A stretch of 63,994 bases of DNA, counting the filler, from Sphacelaria rigidula (lineage: Eukaryota), in assembly GCA_964200075.2 (NCBI GenBank). It is 4 parts of 4 records of this genome, joined end to end, with 100 filler letters (N's around TTAATTAATTAA, not from the genome) between each part and the next. Parts side by side here need not be neighbours in the genome. Positions count along the whole stretch, not along the records: positions 48,330 to 63,994 come from CAXNAA020001654.1; 3 more parts are not named here. One strand, given 5' to 3'. Of this stretch, positions 48,562 to 60,580 are shown in pieces (the first letter of the stretch is position 1; each line of letters starts with the position of its first letter). Position numbers and translations under genes: made by a program. The notes under the pieces were generated by a model. That model worked only from the letters and a program-made list of their open reading frames with translations. It had not been told where the DNA came from and made no database searches.

Positions 48562-49541
48562 CGCCGCTTCTTTTAGGCTTGAAAAAGTCTCTGAGAAACG
48601 TCATTTTGGTCAGTCTCCAGAGACTTTTTCCAGAACACACCTTGTAGGGCCATTTTTCATGAAAAAAGCCTCTGGAAACTGGCCACAAATCGCAGACATT
48701 TTGAGAAATCTCTCTGCGAATCGCCATCGATTCGCAGGGACTTTTCTCAGACTGCGAATTGTCGTTCCATCACACATTCCTCGCACACCGCACCCGCAAT
48801 GGTACAGTCAGTGTAAAAGTAGTTGCCCATATTGTATGTACAGTACAGTGCCAACAGCATAGCTGCTGCAGAACTCTGTGCATCCTTTTCATGAACGTAG
48901 AACCAGGGACAGACAGTACAGTGCAGTGTTTTTTTGCCGGCAGCGTTACTACCGTAAAATAGCACGATGTCGTCCCTGCTGGTTGCGGTGACTATGCTCG
49001 TATCTTTTCATGCTCGTCGTGCCCGCCAAAGATCGCGGACTCTGTAGTATTCTGCGTACTCAGACGTTTGCTACCGCACTACTAATTGTCCCGTGAATTT
49101 TTTGTGTGAGGTATGGCACAGACCGTCTGCTGCATACATTGCGCCGCTTGCGACACGACTACTGTACTAAGCTGCGATCGGCTGAAGTAAGGGTTGATAC
49201 GCCCATCATTTCAAACCCTCTAAAACCAGTAGCTACTGTGCGTGTGCGTGTTTGTGTGTGCGTGTGTTGCCATCTCATCCATCCTGTACTTCGCCAGGAA
49301 TATTGACGTGTTGGTTTACCGCGGGCTCGCCGCAGGTGGCACAAGCACAAAACGCAAATGATGACCACTACCAGCATCTGCACGCAGGCTAGATGATGGC
49401 CTCGGATGTACTAATCCCCAGGATGTTTTCGTAGACTGTAAGGTGGGGTTCTGAAAACTGATTTCTCTGGAGAAAGTCTTCGAGAAAAGTCGTCCAAAAT
49501 GACTTTTCCCAGAGGCTTTTTAGAGTCTATAAGAAGCGGCC
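48562..49541. mobile_element. Probable Harbinger-type non-autonomous element with ~90-bp diverged TIRs
   Basis: TAA|CGCCGCTTCTTTTAGGCTTGAAAAAGTCTCTGAGAAACGTCATTTTGG is inverted against CCAAAATGACTTTTCCCAGAGGCTTTTTAGAGTCTATAAGAAGCGGCC|TGA. Same terminal motif as 60107-60580. Confidence 0.6.
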
Positions 49542-51954
49542 TGACGAGGAAAAAAAAGTGAGAATGAAATGATGATGAGCGATACAACGACACAAAACTT
49601 CATCACGAAAAATCAGGTGCCTTCATATCGACGGGGAAAAAAAATGGAGGATGGCAACTAGGATCGTGACAACACGCAAACAGTGGCGACTGCTGATGGG
49701 AAACCCAGCTGCGCACCCTATGATTACCCGAACAGCCGAAGCGTGACAATCATCTGACGCTCCCTTGCGCATTGTCACCGGATGTTCCCCTGCTGTCACC
49801 TTTTTGAATTCCGATTTTTTTATTTCGTGAGAGTGATCTCGGGGACTATCAGCATGGGGTATCCCGCCCTCAACCACTCGGAAGAAATAAAAAAAAAGAC
49901 AAGAAAACTGCCATAATCATTCTCATTTCTACCTGGCGTTCTCATTTTTCTCGTCTCGTTATATGGGACCTCGGGTAGACATTGTGTTGAGGAATTCGTA
50001 CTTTAATCTCAGAACAATTTCAAGGTCGCTAATAGGCCGAGTCATCTTCTCGCCCTTGACGCCACGAAAGATCATGAGTACACCCTCCCTATGGCCTTGA
50101 ACAAAAGTCCGGTCATGTCACCCTCCCCACTTGCCCGTGGCGATTCGTTTGATATAATGTAGATGACTAATGGGGGGGTATTGCGAAAAGTATTTGCTCA
50201 TGAGTGATTTTTCCCTCGTCGAGAACGTGAACCAGTTCTCATAGTGAATTATGAGTCGAATAGTACGAGCACGACTGCACCCGCCGTCACAACTCATGAC
50301 TTCCTTTCAGCAAGCGGGGATTCGTGCGCGGAAACAGCCACGCGACCAGTAGCATGAGCAGCATGTACTTGATTGAGGTAAACACGTTCGGCCTTGACCA
50401 AAGATTGGTGATCAAGTACTGCACTGGACAGAGAGTGAGACCAAGCACATCACGGCCCTTCGTGACTCACCTCGTGTCACGAGAGGCCGCACCGTAAAAT
50501 GACAATAAATGAGAGTGGAGCAATCGCCTATTTGATCATCACAACCATGCTCCCCACACAGTACAGCGGGATGTTCCGCGTTTTTGAAGGCCACGGCGCA
50601 CGATGTACCCATCCTGCACAGGGGGCTGACACCGACAAAATAGACTACCTGTACCAAAAAGAGGTTTCGACTTAATCCGGTGGCTCGTATACGCACAAGT
50701 ACTATGACGGACACCACGGAGCGCTCAGCGACAGTGATATCAGCCCAGGCAACGCATGGATCTGCGATTATGCTCAAGGACGTGAAAAATCATGTTGAGA
50801 AGCTAGCAAGTACCGGCGGCAGCAGAAGTCCGTAGAAGTGAAGCGGGCGTGGAAGCTGGAACGATATGGTGTTCCATAAAAAATGGTATGTGTGTTGTCA
50901 TTCCATCTACTCTGCACGCCAAGCTACACCTTTCGCTATATGTGGGCGCACACAGGAGGGAGGTCAACACACAGGAGTTTGTTCGTTCGTTCGTTTGTGT
51001 TGTTTTAGTACCCCACCTTCCTTTTGCGGTGTTCGCCTTCCTATTTATCGCGAGAACAATTCAGCGGTCCCTTTCTCTCGTCGACCGTGAAGTCGAACTT
51101 TGCTCATGATGGACGATCAGTATATTTATCGCGACCGAGTTACAAATTTCCCCGATCGATAGCCGAAGCGGCACAGTCATGTGGTGAAATACTAACGCTT
51201 CCAGCAACCTACAGGCAAAGGATCTGACGCCGCACGCTTGCCTAGACCAATATCGCCACAAGATATCTTGCATAGAGGTAGGTGCGCAGGGTGGTGAGGG
51301 GTGTTGGCTGCCCGCTAAGAGGGAGATTTGAACCTCAATTTCAGCCCCTCATCGGTGAACAATAAAACATTGGGAACGGCACACTGAAGAAAACAAACTG
51401 TTGGGGGGCGGGCAGAATCCGAAGGCTACAATACAAAAAAAGGCGGGAGAAAAAGTGCATACTGAGCTGGAAGACTTCCGAAAAACGAGATGCCGCCTTT
51501 GAGCGCGCGAACATTTGAAGTATACCCAAACTGAAACTGGACACTTGACGCCGTGGGTACGTAAATGAGGGATTTCTGCCCCGACTACAGCGAGATGTTT
51601 GCTCAATATGAGCATCGCTTGCGGTCGCAGATGCTTTGTTGGCCGTTCTCCCGTAACGATGTGCATCTGTGAATGATGAGGCGTCTGGCCGGGGGATGAG
51701 AGGGGGCAGTTTCAACAGGGCTAACGAATAGTGTGGCGATTAAACAACCGGCTTCTGTGGGGATAGACGTTCGCGCTAGCGTCCGTGAAGCCACCAGTAT
51801 GACAAGAGACCGCGTGAGGGTGCTTTGCCCACATACTTAGTCGAAAAATCGTGACTGTTGAAAAAACGCTTACTGTAACACGAGGACAGATCATAGACGC
51901 ATACGCTGCTTTTAACCCGACGTACCCATAAGACAGGATATCAATAAAACTCAC

Positions 51955-54469
51955 ACTGGCATAGAACGTCGCCACCTCTTCCTGCTGAGGGTTGAGGTGC
52001 ACATCCTCGCCGTCATACTTGAGCTTCACGCCGTGCGGTTTGTACTCGGGAGCGAAATGAGCCCCGTTGTGCTCGAGCGAATCCCACTGCTTCCCGTGAT
52101 CCTTGGGCGGCTCTTCCCACCACTGATACACCTTCATCGCTTGCTCAATTTTTTCCGCACGCGTCATCTCCTTGAACTTACGAACTTTCTCGACAGGCGG
52201 CGCCTTAACTTTTCGTCCCCCGCCCCCTCCACCCCCCGCCCCCCCGCTCGCCCGCCGCAGCTTGCCGTCCTTCAAATCACGGCGACTAGGCTCCGGCTTC
52301 GCCTTCATCTTTGGCCTGGAGCCTCCGCTAGCGCTAGATCCCCGCAACTTCTCCTCCCGTCGCCGTTTCTTTCGAGCTTCTTCGCGGGCCCTTTCTCTGG
52401 CCTCTTCCTCCATCTTTCTCTTGCGGCGAGCGGCTTTGGCCGAGTCCTGAAAATCCCGGTCGTCCCCAGTGCCGCCGCTACTCATGGGTCTGGGCTTCTT
52501 CTTTTTGACGAAATTATCGTCGTAGTCGTCGCCGTCTTTCCTGCGCCGGTCTCCGTCTCGGCCCTTAGACCCAGCGGCGGCTTTGCTATTACTGTGGGTA
52601 CTGCTGCCTCCAGGCCGGGTGAAGGAAGAAGGTGATGCCCCGTACTTACTCTGGGACGATGGAGGGGAGAACGAGGGTCTACCAGAACCTGCGGGGGAAG
52701 CGGCGCCGGGCCTTGACGGCGTGATATCTCGCTTTGGGATCTTGAAGTTGGACTCCTTCTTGACGGGCGGATGTTGCTGTCCGTTTTTCTTCAAGCCATT
52801 GGCAGAGCTCGAGCTGCCGCCCCTGTTGCTACTTCCAGCCGCAGTTTTGACCTTGCTGCTGTTGCTGTCTACCTTTTTCTTCATGAAGGGCGAGTCGGAC
52901 ATGACATCATCATCATCGTCGGCGGCGGCATATCCACCGCGTGACAGCGACGGCTTCTTCATCCCTCCGGACGCTGGACTAGCACCCGCGGTTACAGCTT
53001 GGCTATCTCCCGCCCTACCCTCTTCCGGCTTGACTTTTCTTGCAGCACTGACGGGCTTGGACGCCGACGAGCTTCCGTTGCGCATGAGACTGCCCACTCC
53101 GCTTCCCCCAGGCTTACCGCCACCAAAACCACCGTGGGAGGACGAAGCAGTGGTCGCTGCTGACGGCTTGGTCGGTTGCCTCATGGGGGGGAAACCGTCT
53201 TCGTCATCTTCTTCAATCACCACTCGCCTCTTCTTGCTGTGGGCTGTTGGGGAGGATGGTGGAAGCTTGCTGCTGCAGCGGGGATACAGGAGGATGTTGC
53301 GTCGGATTGTTGGGCAAGAGATATGTGTGGTCGCACGTGGATTGTGAGATTTTGACAGTTGCAGTTGAGCGGCAGACTCGGGGTGGAATCCATAGCGCGA
53401 TTATTGGATACTGGGTGCCGTCCATCATTATACAAGGTATCAGCTGGTTCGGGCTTCACGAGCTGAAAATGCACGATGTCCATGGGGTTGTCATGACTGT
53501 AAAAAAAGAGGACGCCCTCGGCACTTGACTGTAGCCGCCGCAGGAGGGCAGGGAACAACCCGTCAAAACGACTTCCGCGGGGTACGATGCGGTGGATTGA
53601 GCTAACACATGCCGACAAGCCGGTTGCCACATCGCAGTTGTACGAAATCCACCGGAGCGTTGCGAAACGCCTACTTTAAAATTTGAAGGCGTCGCGGTCA
53701 CCTGAACTTGTCATGACCGCATAGAGGCCTCAGGGACTGCAGATGAGTACCGGACTCACCCAGTAGATTACGGCAATATATACACCATGTTCCATTTTTG
53801 GAAGACACGATGAAAAATGAAGTGACTTTCAAACTTTGACAAAAATAAGGTATTGTTGATCAAGAGAGGACAGTGTCCGGCGCACTAACTCTGATATCTG
53901 AGGTACTGTCAACACAATACCATCAGCGTACGATGAGATGGTGAGTACAATAGCTTGGGTGAGCTAGTTTCACATGTACGGAGCCATGGTAACAAGAGTC
54001 GTCGTGATCCCTCCAACATCGCGAACACACCTTCCCCTACCCGAAACCAAACGCAGGGGCGTGGGAAACGTAGCGGCACAACCGCAGAAAAAAGTCATGA
54101 CAAACAGCAAGTTTTAAATGACATCTAGCCAAACGGATAGCGTAAGAGTCACACCCGAACGTGGCCTTCTCGTGACCGGTGTGGTGGTGGTCGGCTCGAT
54201 GCATCAAGCAACTTTGTCGGCATGTGTAACCAAAGCAGCCAACGGCAGTCTCGTTTTCCTCCCAACAGCGATTCGCCTGGGAGGTGCGTGTGGGCTCGAG
54301 CGAAACCACACCTGGAAAAAACGTTGTCCTTTTCTCGACTGTACCTCGTTGTGGCCGAAGTCCCATTCTCGCCATGAGCGGCGCCGTCCGCTGACGGTCC
54401 CTTGCTTCTTCTGTCGTCTGCTTTCTGAAGGGCTGCACTAACCGGCCTTTCGCTCATCGCCGCCGACAT
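51955..54469 (-). CDS. TOP1: DNA topoisomerase I (type IB), 5' part; exon 1 54469-54345, exon 2 53236-51955
   Basis: Exon 1 MSAAMSERP...GTSATT(ag|gtac) joins exon 2 (cag|c)SKKRRVVIEEDDED in phase. A long charged low-complexity N-terminus is followed by the conserved core start YQWWEE...KQWDSLEHNGAHFAPEYKPHGVKLKYDGEDVHLNPQQEEVATFYAS|GTGAGT. Catalytic exons were not found before the linker at 48329. Confidence 0.93.
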
Positions 54470-55267
54470 GCCGCGCGTGGCCTTTCACCAAACGTTTGAA
54501 AAATCACTCCAGACACTGCGAAAAAAAACACCACCTGTCGAATGACTTGAAAACAATATGGAGAACGATGTGCGTGAAAATGCCCCTCAGGATAAAACGC
54601 GTGCAGACGCCTAGAAGGCAGAGTCGCACAGAAAAAGTTGCTGTTGGGTACACGACAATCAACCCCAGCCAGTACACCCCAGACTCGCAGAAAGACCTTC
54701 CACCGAGCTCGTACTTCTTCTTGGTATGCCGCTCTTTGCAAACACCCTGCCCTTTCCAGGCAACAAATGCAGCTGACTCTCACCGACAACAGCGGCAAAC
54801 TAGTTTGCCAGCGGCAAGGCAAACACAATGCGTACAATTGCCAAGCCGTACGATCACACTCGGCCGTGCGGCGTGTTCAAAAACACAGGGGTGAGGGGAT
54901 TTTAATGAGAGTACGACATTGTTCTGTGCGAGGCTAACGTATCGGTGGGACCCTCAAAGACGGATTGACCGACGGGATGGAACACATTTCTGCAAAGCTG
55001 CTCGTCTTACTCTAAGCTGCGACTCACAGCAATTCAGGGGGGTAGAATTGAGTAAAGCACAAAGTGCTGTGTGTCTTTGAAAGACTGCACTGCAGAGATT
55101 CCAGACGCATATTTTTGGAGCTGAGCGTACGAGGCCGAGGTGTCATCAGTCTTGCACTCCCTCGCGGTCGGAAAAACTCAACCGCCGCGATTCCAACACT
55201 TGTGCGGTGCAGAGTTACATACCATTCTCAAAATTGCAAAATTGAGAGCAGGATAGGTTAGGATCGG
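54470..55267. promoter_or_regulatory. Putative bidirectional promoter/5' UTR region between TOP1 and the CH-domain gene
   Basis: 798 bp between two divergent start codons, with no repeat element recognised. Specific motifs were not identified. Confidence 0.55.
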
Positions 55268-57365
55268 ATGCAAGCATCTCCGTCGCGGCTGCCGTACCGG
55301 CAACAAACGTGGGATCGTGAGATGCTTATGGCTACGCCTTCCACGCCGTCTTCGCGGTTCGCCAGTGATGTACTGGCCGCGGTGCGGTCTCAGGCTTGGG
55401 TGGAGGCTGTTTCGGGGGTCAAGCTGCAAGCCGACAGTAGTTTTGGTGAGGCTCTCAAGGACGGAATCGCCTTGTGCACACTCATCAACAAGATCCGTCC
55501 AGGTACAATTGCCAAGGTCGAGATCTCCAAGGTCCCTTTCAAGCAGATGGCCAACATTAGCTCGTTCATTCAAGCGTGCAGAACTCTCGGCGTGCGCGAG
55601 TCTTCGCTCTTCGAGACACTGGTGAGTTGATCAAGCTGGAGATGAATCACGAGGAAAATTGATGCCGATAGAAAGTTACTGGGTGTCCGTTCATCTGCAA
55701 CCCACAAGCAGCATTATACTTGATTTCGCCAAGGCCAAGCACCATTATTCCGGTGTAGTGAAGTCACATGTAGTACAGCATGAATACAGACAGTAGTAAG
55801 AGAAGTAGTGCGAGATCTTGGCCAAACTGTACGATCTTGTGGCTACCGTCGTGAAGATTTACACAGAACAATGCGCAGCAACAACAGAAGCGGCGACATT
55901 GGAGTTAGTAAGCTCGCTGTTGGGCCAGTCTCTGTATTTATATTGTACTCTTCTCTTTTCTACTTTCGCGCGTCACATGTTGTCGGTACTGTCTGTTCTA
56001 GAGACTGAACCGGGTATATTAACTGCTCACCGAAGAGGCGGTACGAAAGTACCATATGGGGGTGTACTTGACACAGACTGTACTTGATGGTTCAGTAAGT
56101 TCAATGCATACAAAATTTAGTACAATCGCCCCGAGTACATGTGTATGTGTCATACACAGGTACCAGAGACTGTATTATTTTTCTTTTCCCACATTACACA
56201 TTTTGCGGACCCCATGGTTCCTTCTAACTTACACACTGGTTGCCGCGGAGAGTACTGTAGGCACACTCACTTCCTACAAGCACATTAGAAAGGGCCACAC
56301 ACCAAATTCCAAGTAGGTGGATTACATCACGCACATGCTGCGCGCCGCTGTCTTGTCCCCAACATTCTTCAACTCCTTCACCCACATCCAAAATTTTCCC
56401 TAACTACGTGTAATGATCCATGTGACGACGTGACCCTACATTTGCGACCCGTCGGTTATCCTGGCTACAGGATCTTTACAACGAGAGACGGTTGCCTCAG
56501 GTGGCGCGCTGCCTGTTCACCCTCTCAGATTTAGTCCGCAAGACCATCCCAGATTTTCCGGGCCCGCACCTCTCGTCGCCGGATAAACCGGAGGTGGATC
56601 CTGGCGTGCAGGCGATTGTGGCCATATCCAAAGGTCACGTACCACCCCCCCCCTGGGCAACAGAAGCTTCTCCTACAGCATCGCCAGAAACACCCACACG
56701 CCACCGACATCGCCAGGGATCAAGATCTCCCGTACGAACAAACGCCGCCTGTACCATAACCGCCAACAGTTCCAACGCCAACACCAACATATCTCCCATA
56801 CACGTCATTTCAGAGAACAGCCCTGAAATACCCTCGAACCTCATCCTACCTGAATTAGCGCACCCTAACATGATGGCGACAACTGCTTCAGCCGCCGACG
56901 AGCATTGCCTGTCTCCCGCTGCGCACGCGGCGGGCCAGCTGACCTACGGAGTCTACGAAGGCGGAGGTACCGCTACACCCAATGCAACCCCAAGCCGCAG
57001 TCGCATGGCTGTAGCGACAGACCCCGAGTCCGCGTTGTATACCCCGTGCAGTGTGCGGTTGAGGGGGGTAACGAAGGCGAACGCCATGGCTGGGGAAGAC
57101 ATGAGTGACCTTGGTGGTGCTGCAGTTGTGGATGCGGCTTTCGATCAGGGGGGGTGTCAGTCAGGCTGCGGAGTAGGTGAGAGTAGCAGCTGCGGCGGCA
57201 TCCGAGGGCGCCGATCTCGGAGGACATTGAGCCAAGAGGAGCAGGTGCAGCGACGAAAACAACTGTTGCAAAGGATTGACGCTGAATTGGAGGTGGCCCT
57301 GTGGATAGAAGGCGTCACCGGAGTCACGTTTCCTGGAAAGTTTTGGTCGAGTCTGAAGGATGGAG
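55268..57365 (+). CDS. Calponin-homology (calponin/transgelin-like) protein with at least two CH domains, 5' part; exon 1 55268-55621, exon 2 56471-57365
   Basis: AWVEAVSGVKLQADSSFGEALKDGIALCTLINKIRPGTIAKVEISKVPFKQMANISSFIQACRTLGVRESSLFETL|GTGAGT ... CAG|DLYNERRLPQVARCLFTLS forms a complete type-3 CH domain. A second begins ELEVALWIEGVTGVTFPGKFWSSLKDG|GTAAGT. The next exon was not recognised. Confidence 0.92.
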
Positions 57366-60106
57366 GTAAGTTTGTGCTCGTATGTTGGACGATCTTGGCA
57401 TTGAACACCGTGCGAGGCACGTGTCGTTCCCGGACGCGATCTTCGTTTAGTCGCCGACGCGGACCATGCGCATGTTTTGTGCGGGTCGACTTTTTTTTCT
57501 CCGTTTGAACCTGCGTCTCGTGGTGTGTGTTTGAAATGTAATTTCTGGGTTTGGAAGGGGTATATCAAAGTTGACGTTCTCGGTATATTCAACACTAGAT
57601 CGTCAAATATACCGGGGAGCTCGAGTGTGAGATGCCTTCAAAGTGATATGTGATGAGCAAGTTTGCACAGGCATATACACACAATGCGCACTAGTCGTTG
57701 GTCGTACATGCTTCCGTGATTTTTGCGGCGCTATGGCTCACCAGTATTTCATTTCATTGCTTTGTTGCGGCACTTTTTCTCATGAAAACGCGTCGGCGCC
57801 CGCCGCGATTTTGGTTTGCTCTTGGTGCCAAGTTTCGTCAGGGCATGTCTTACTAAAAGAAACTGGCCGGCGAGATAGAGGGCTGTCTCGACGAAGAAAC
57901 TAGGGAGAACCTCACACTGAAGCCGAAATCGAAAGTCATTCGGCCATGAAAACATATCTATAGCGCGAATCATTCGCGCTTATAACAAACAACAGGTGAC
58001 CACTTCCCACCTCATTTCATCCTTACATCATTTCAGGGGCGAAGTCCCGTCCCCGTACCATCCAGACACTAACGTCTAATTTCCACTCCGGTGTTATTCT
58101 TTCTGTCGAGGGATGAAATGTCGAAATGTCCCGTTCTGTTACAGTCGTTTTCGGGGCGTATGCCAAATCGGGTTGGACGGGTGAACGTCTTGACGCCACA
58201 GCACCGTTCTGGAAGAGGCGAAAAAACTCCCTTGTCTTTTCTATTAGACATACAGGGGTTGCTAGCTTCAACTTAATCGACGCAGTCAATTCACCTGGAT
58301 CCCACACTACTTCTCGTATCACAGAAGTACGTACTCGCCGTAAAGCACGGCTGAAGTAACATCGACTCACAACTCGACTGACGTGCGAAGCATTTGAGCG
58401 CTCGGCCGGTTCTCAGCGTGGTGCGTTGTACTTTGTTCCGTCGGAAACCGCTCAGTTTCGAAAGGGTAGTGGAAATAAACGCGATTCTTGAAAAAATGGG
58501 GCGTGCACCCGAGGGGCGGGGGGAGGGCTTACTACTGACAATTTTATTTCACTTGTTGTCAAAAAAAAACGTTCTTATCCACCATTGTTGTGACATCAGA
58601 GAATTCGGAGCTAAGTGCTGGGCGTTCGTATGCAGTTCACTGTGGGCAGTCATCTGTTTCGACGATGACTCTGTCGGAGCAAATGTATTGCGGTCCTGGA
58701 AAACCCCGTAGGTGCAGAGTATTGCCTCTTCTCATCTGCCGCCGTCAATGACTGCTCTGAAATTTTATGTCGGTGGGCGACTCTACTTTGATCGTTACAC
58801 AACGAGAGTGGTTCGTGTGTTGAATCGCACTTGAAAACAATGTGCATGATGCAGACTACCCCCGCAGCCAAGGGCTTAATTAACCCTTGGATAGTGAGAC
58901 GGTAGGTCATGTATTGGATCGGCATCGATTCCACTTGCCAAAAGTACATTTGATCTAGATAGACTTTCCTCGCTGAGGATTATAAGTGAGCGGCGTGAAA
59001 GTTAAGGAGTCAAAACGATAACTTGCGATCCGTTGCGCAAAGGTACGCTGCAGATTTTGGCGTGCGAGTTGAAACTGATTGTGCACTGCTTGTACTCCTC
59101 GGCTACCGTTTGAAACAAGATAACTTACCACAACGATCGGGTGTGCTACTCGTGGCAGGTTTCCACTCTCAGAACATTAGTCACTCCGTGCCCTTTGTAT
59201 CTTCTCAAAATCGTTGAACAAGCCGTCCTCCTGTCAGTGCATGATGAAAAAGCGCTGTGTTGTAATTTGAGTGTACTGACAAAATGAGTCGACTTCATCC
59301 CTGGTGACTCGGGTCCATCTCTGTTGGATCCCTTTGACCGCGAGGGTAGATCATCTGGCCATGTATACCTTTTTCAAGTGAAAGTAGTGCTGATTCAACA
59401 GATTACCTGGGCATGCGGTCTCAGCACATGAAGTGTCTTCTGTTTCGTTTGTCCATGTGTTCATATACTAGTTTAGTGCCGCTTTGTCGTCGGTTTGTGT
59501 TCTATGCCATGGTTTGTTTTTTTAACCGTTGTTGCCAACCAATGTTTAGCGTGAAAATCCGGTTCTGTGCGTCGAACATGAAACATTTGCCTGTACCCCC
59601 AGCCATCGCATGTACACTAGTTTGGGGTGTACAGACGTACAGAATTCCTTCTAGGACGAGACCAGTAGAGCGTACGCATCGGGCCTCTCGACGGGACAAC
59701 AGAGTTCACGCGAACGTGACCACAAAAAATCATGGTTGAAAAAACTTGGTATTGATGTCTTTACTGTATTCGGATCTTCGAAGGTTTCACATTTCAAACG
59801 CTCGCCTGGAGTGGACAGCACGCGCTTTGTCCCACTTGTCGTCGTTAGCGATAAATTGAGCTCTGCCAACGTACACCTGGCCTACGGCACTTACTCTCCG
59901 TGCTCTAGGCTTCACGGTATGTCTTGGATTGGAATTAGTGTCGGGGTCGGCGATTATTTTTGTGCTGTAATCGGCGCGAACCCGCCTCGGACAGGTCGGG
60001 AATCTGATGGGCGAACTGGAGATGTATCGGGACCGAATCTGTAATTAAACTAGGGAGCGAAGTCCGCATCACAAGTCAGACCTCCGACACACAAATATTG
60101 AGGTAA

Positions 60107-60580
60107 GGCCGCTTCTTATAGAATGACAAAATCTGTCCGAGAACTCCCCTTTCGAACCTTTTACCACGGATTATTGGCGGATTACGGGCCTTGACGGATT
60201 CGGCCTCCTCGGAAAGATTTGCTCTATTTTTCACGAAGATTCCAGCACGCTTGTCCGATATTTCGTACTCCCAGTTTTACTCGTGGCCTGATTTTGGATT
60301 TTTCAGTCACCTGACAAAACTTCGAGTTGTCGGCAAAAAGTACTTATTTTTCCCGACAACTGGACAATTTTCGCCGCGACTGAAAAAAACAGAATCCGAC
60401 CAAGAGTAAAACTGTGAGTACGAAAGATCGGACAGGCGCGCTGGAATCCTCCTGAAAAATGGAGTAAATTCGTCCGAGGGGGCCAAACCCGCCAAGGCCC
60501 GTATTCCGCCAATAATCCGAGGTGAAGGTTCAAAAGGGCAGTTCTCAGACAGATTTATTTTGAGTCCATAAGAAGCAGCC
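60107..60580. mobile_element. 474-bp PIF/Harbinger (Tourist-like) foldback MITE
   Basis: TAA|GGCCGCTTCTTATAGA ... TCCATAAGAAGCAGCC|TAA. Arms pair over most of the length, e.g. CGGATTATTGGCGGATTACGGGCCTTG / CAAGGCCCGTATTCCGCCAATAATCCG. Confidence 0.9.

Noticed and set aside
51240-51350. B-box-like GGTTCAAATC on the minus strand (tRNA or SINE head)
   Set aside because: No cloverleaf or matching A box could be built.
51997-53347. Long plus-strand ORFs (212 and 254 aa)
   Set aside because: Antisense shadows of the GC-rich TOP1 exon 2.
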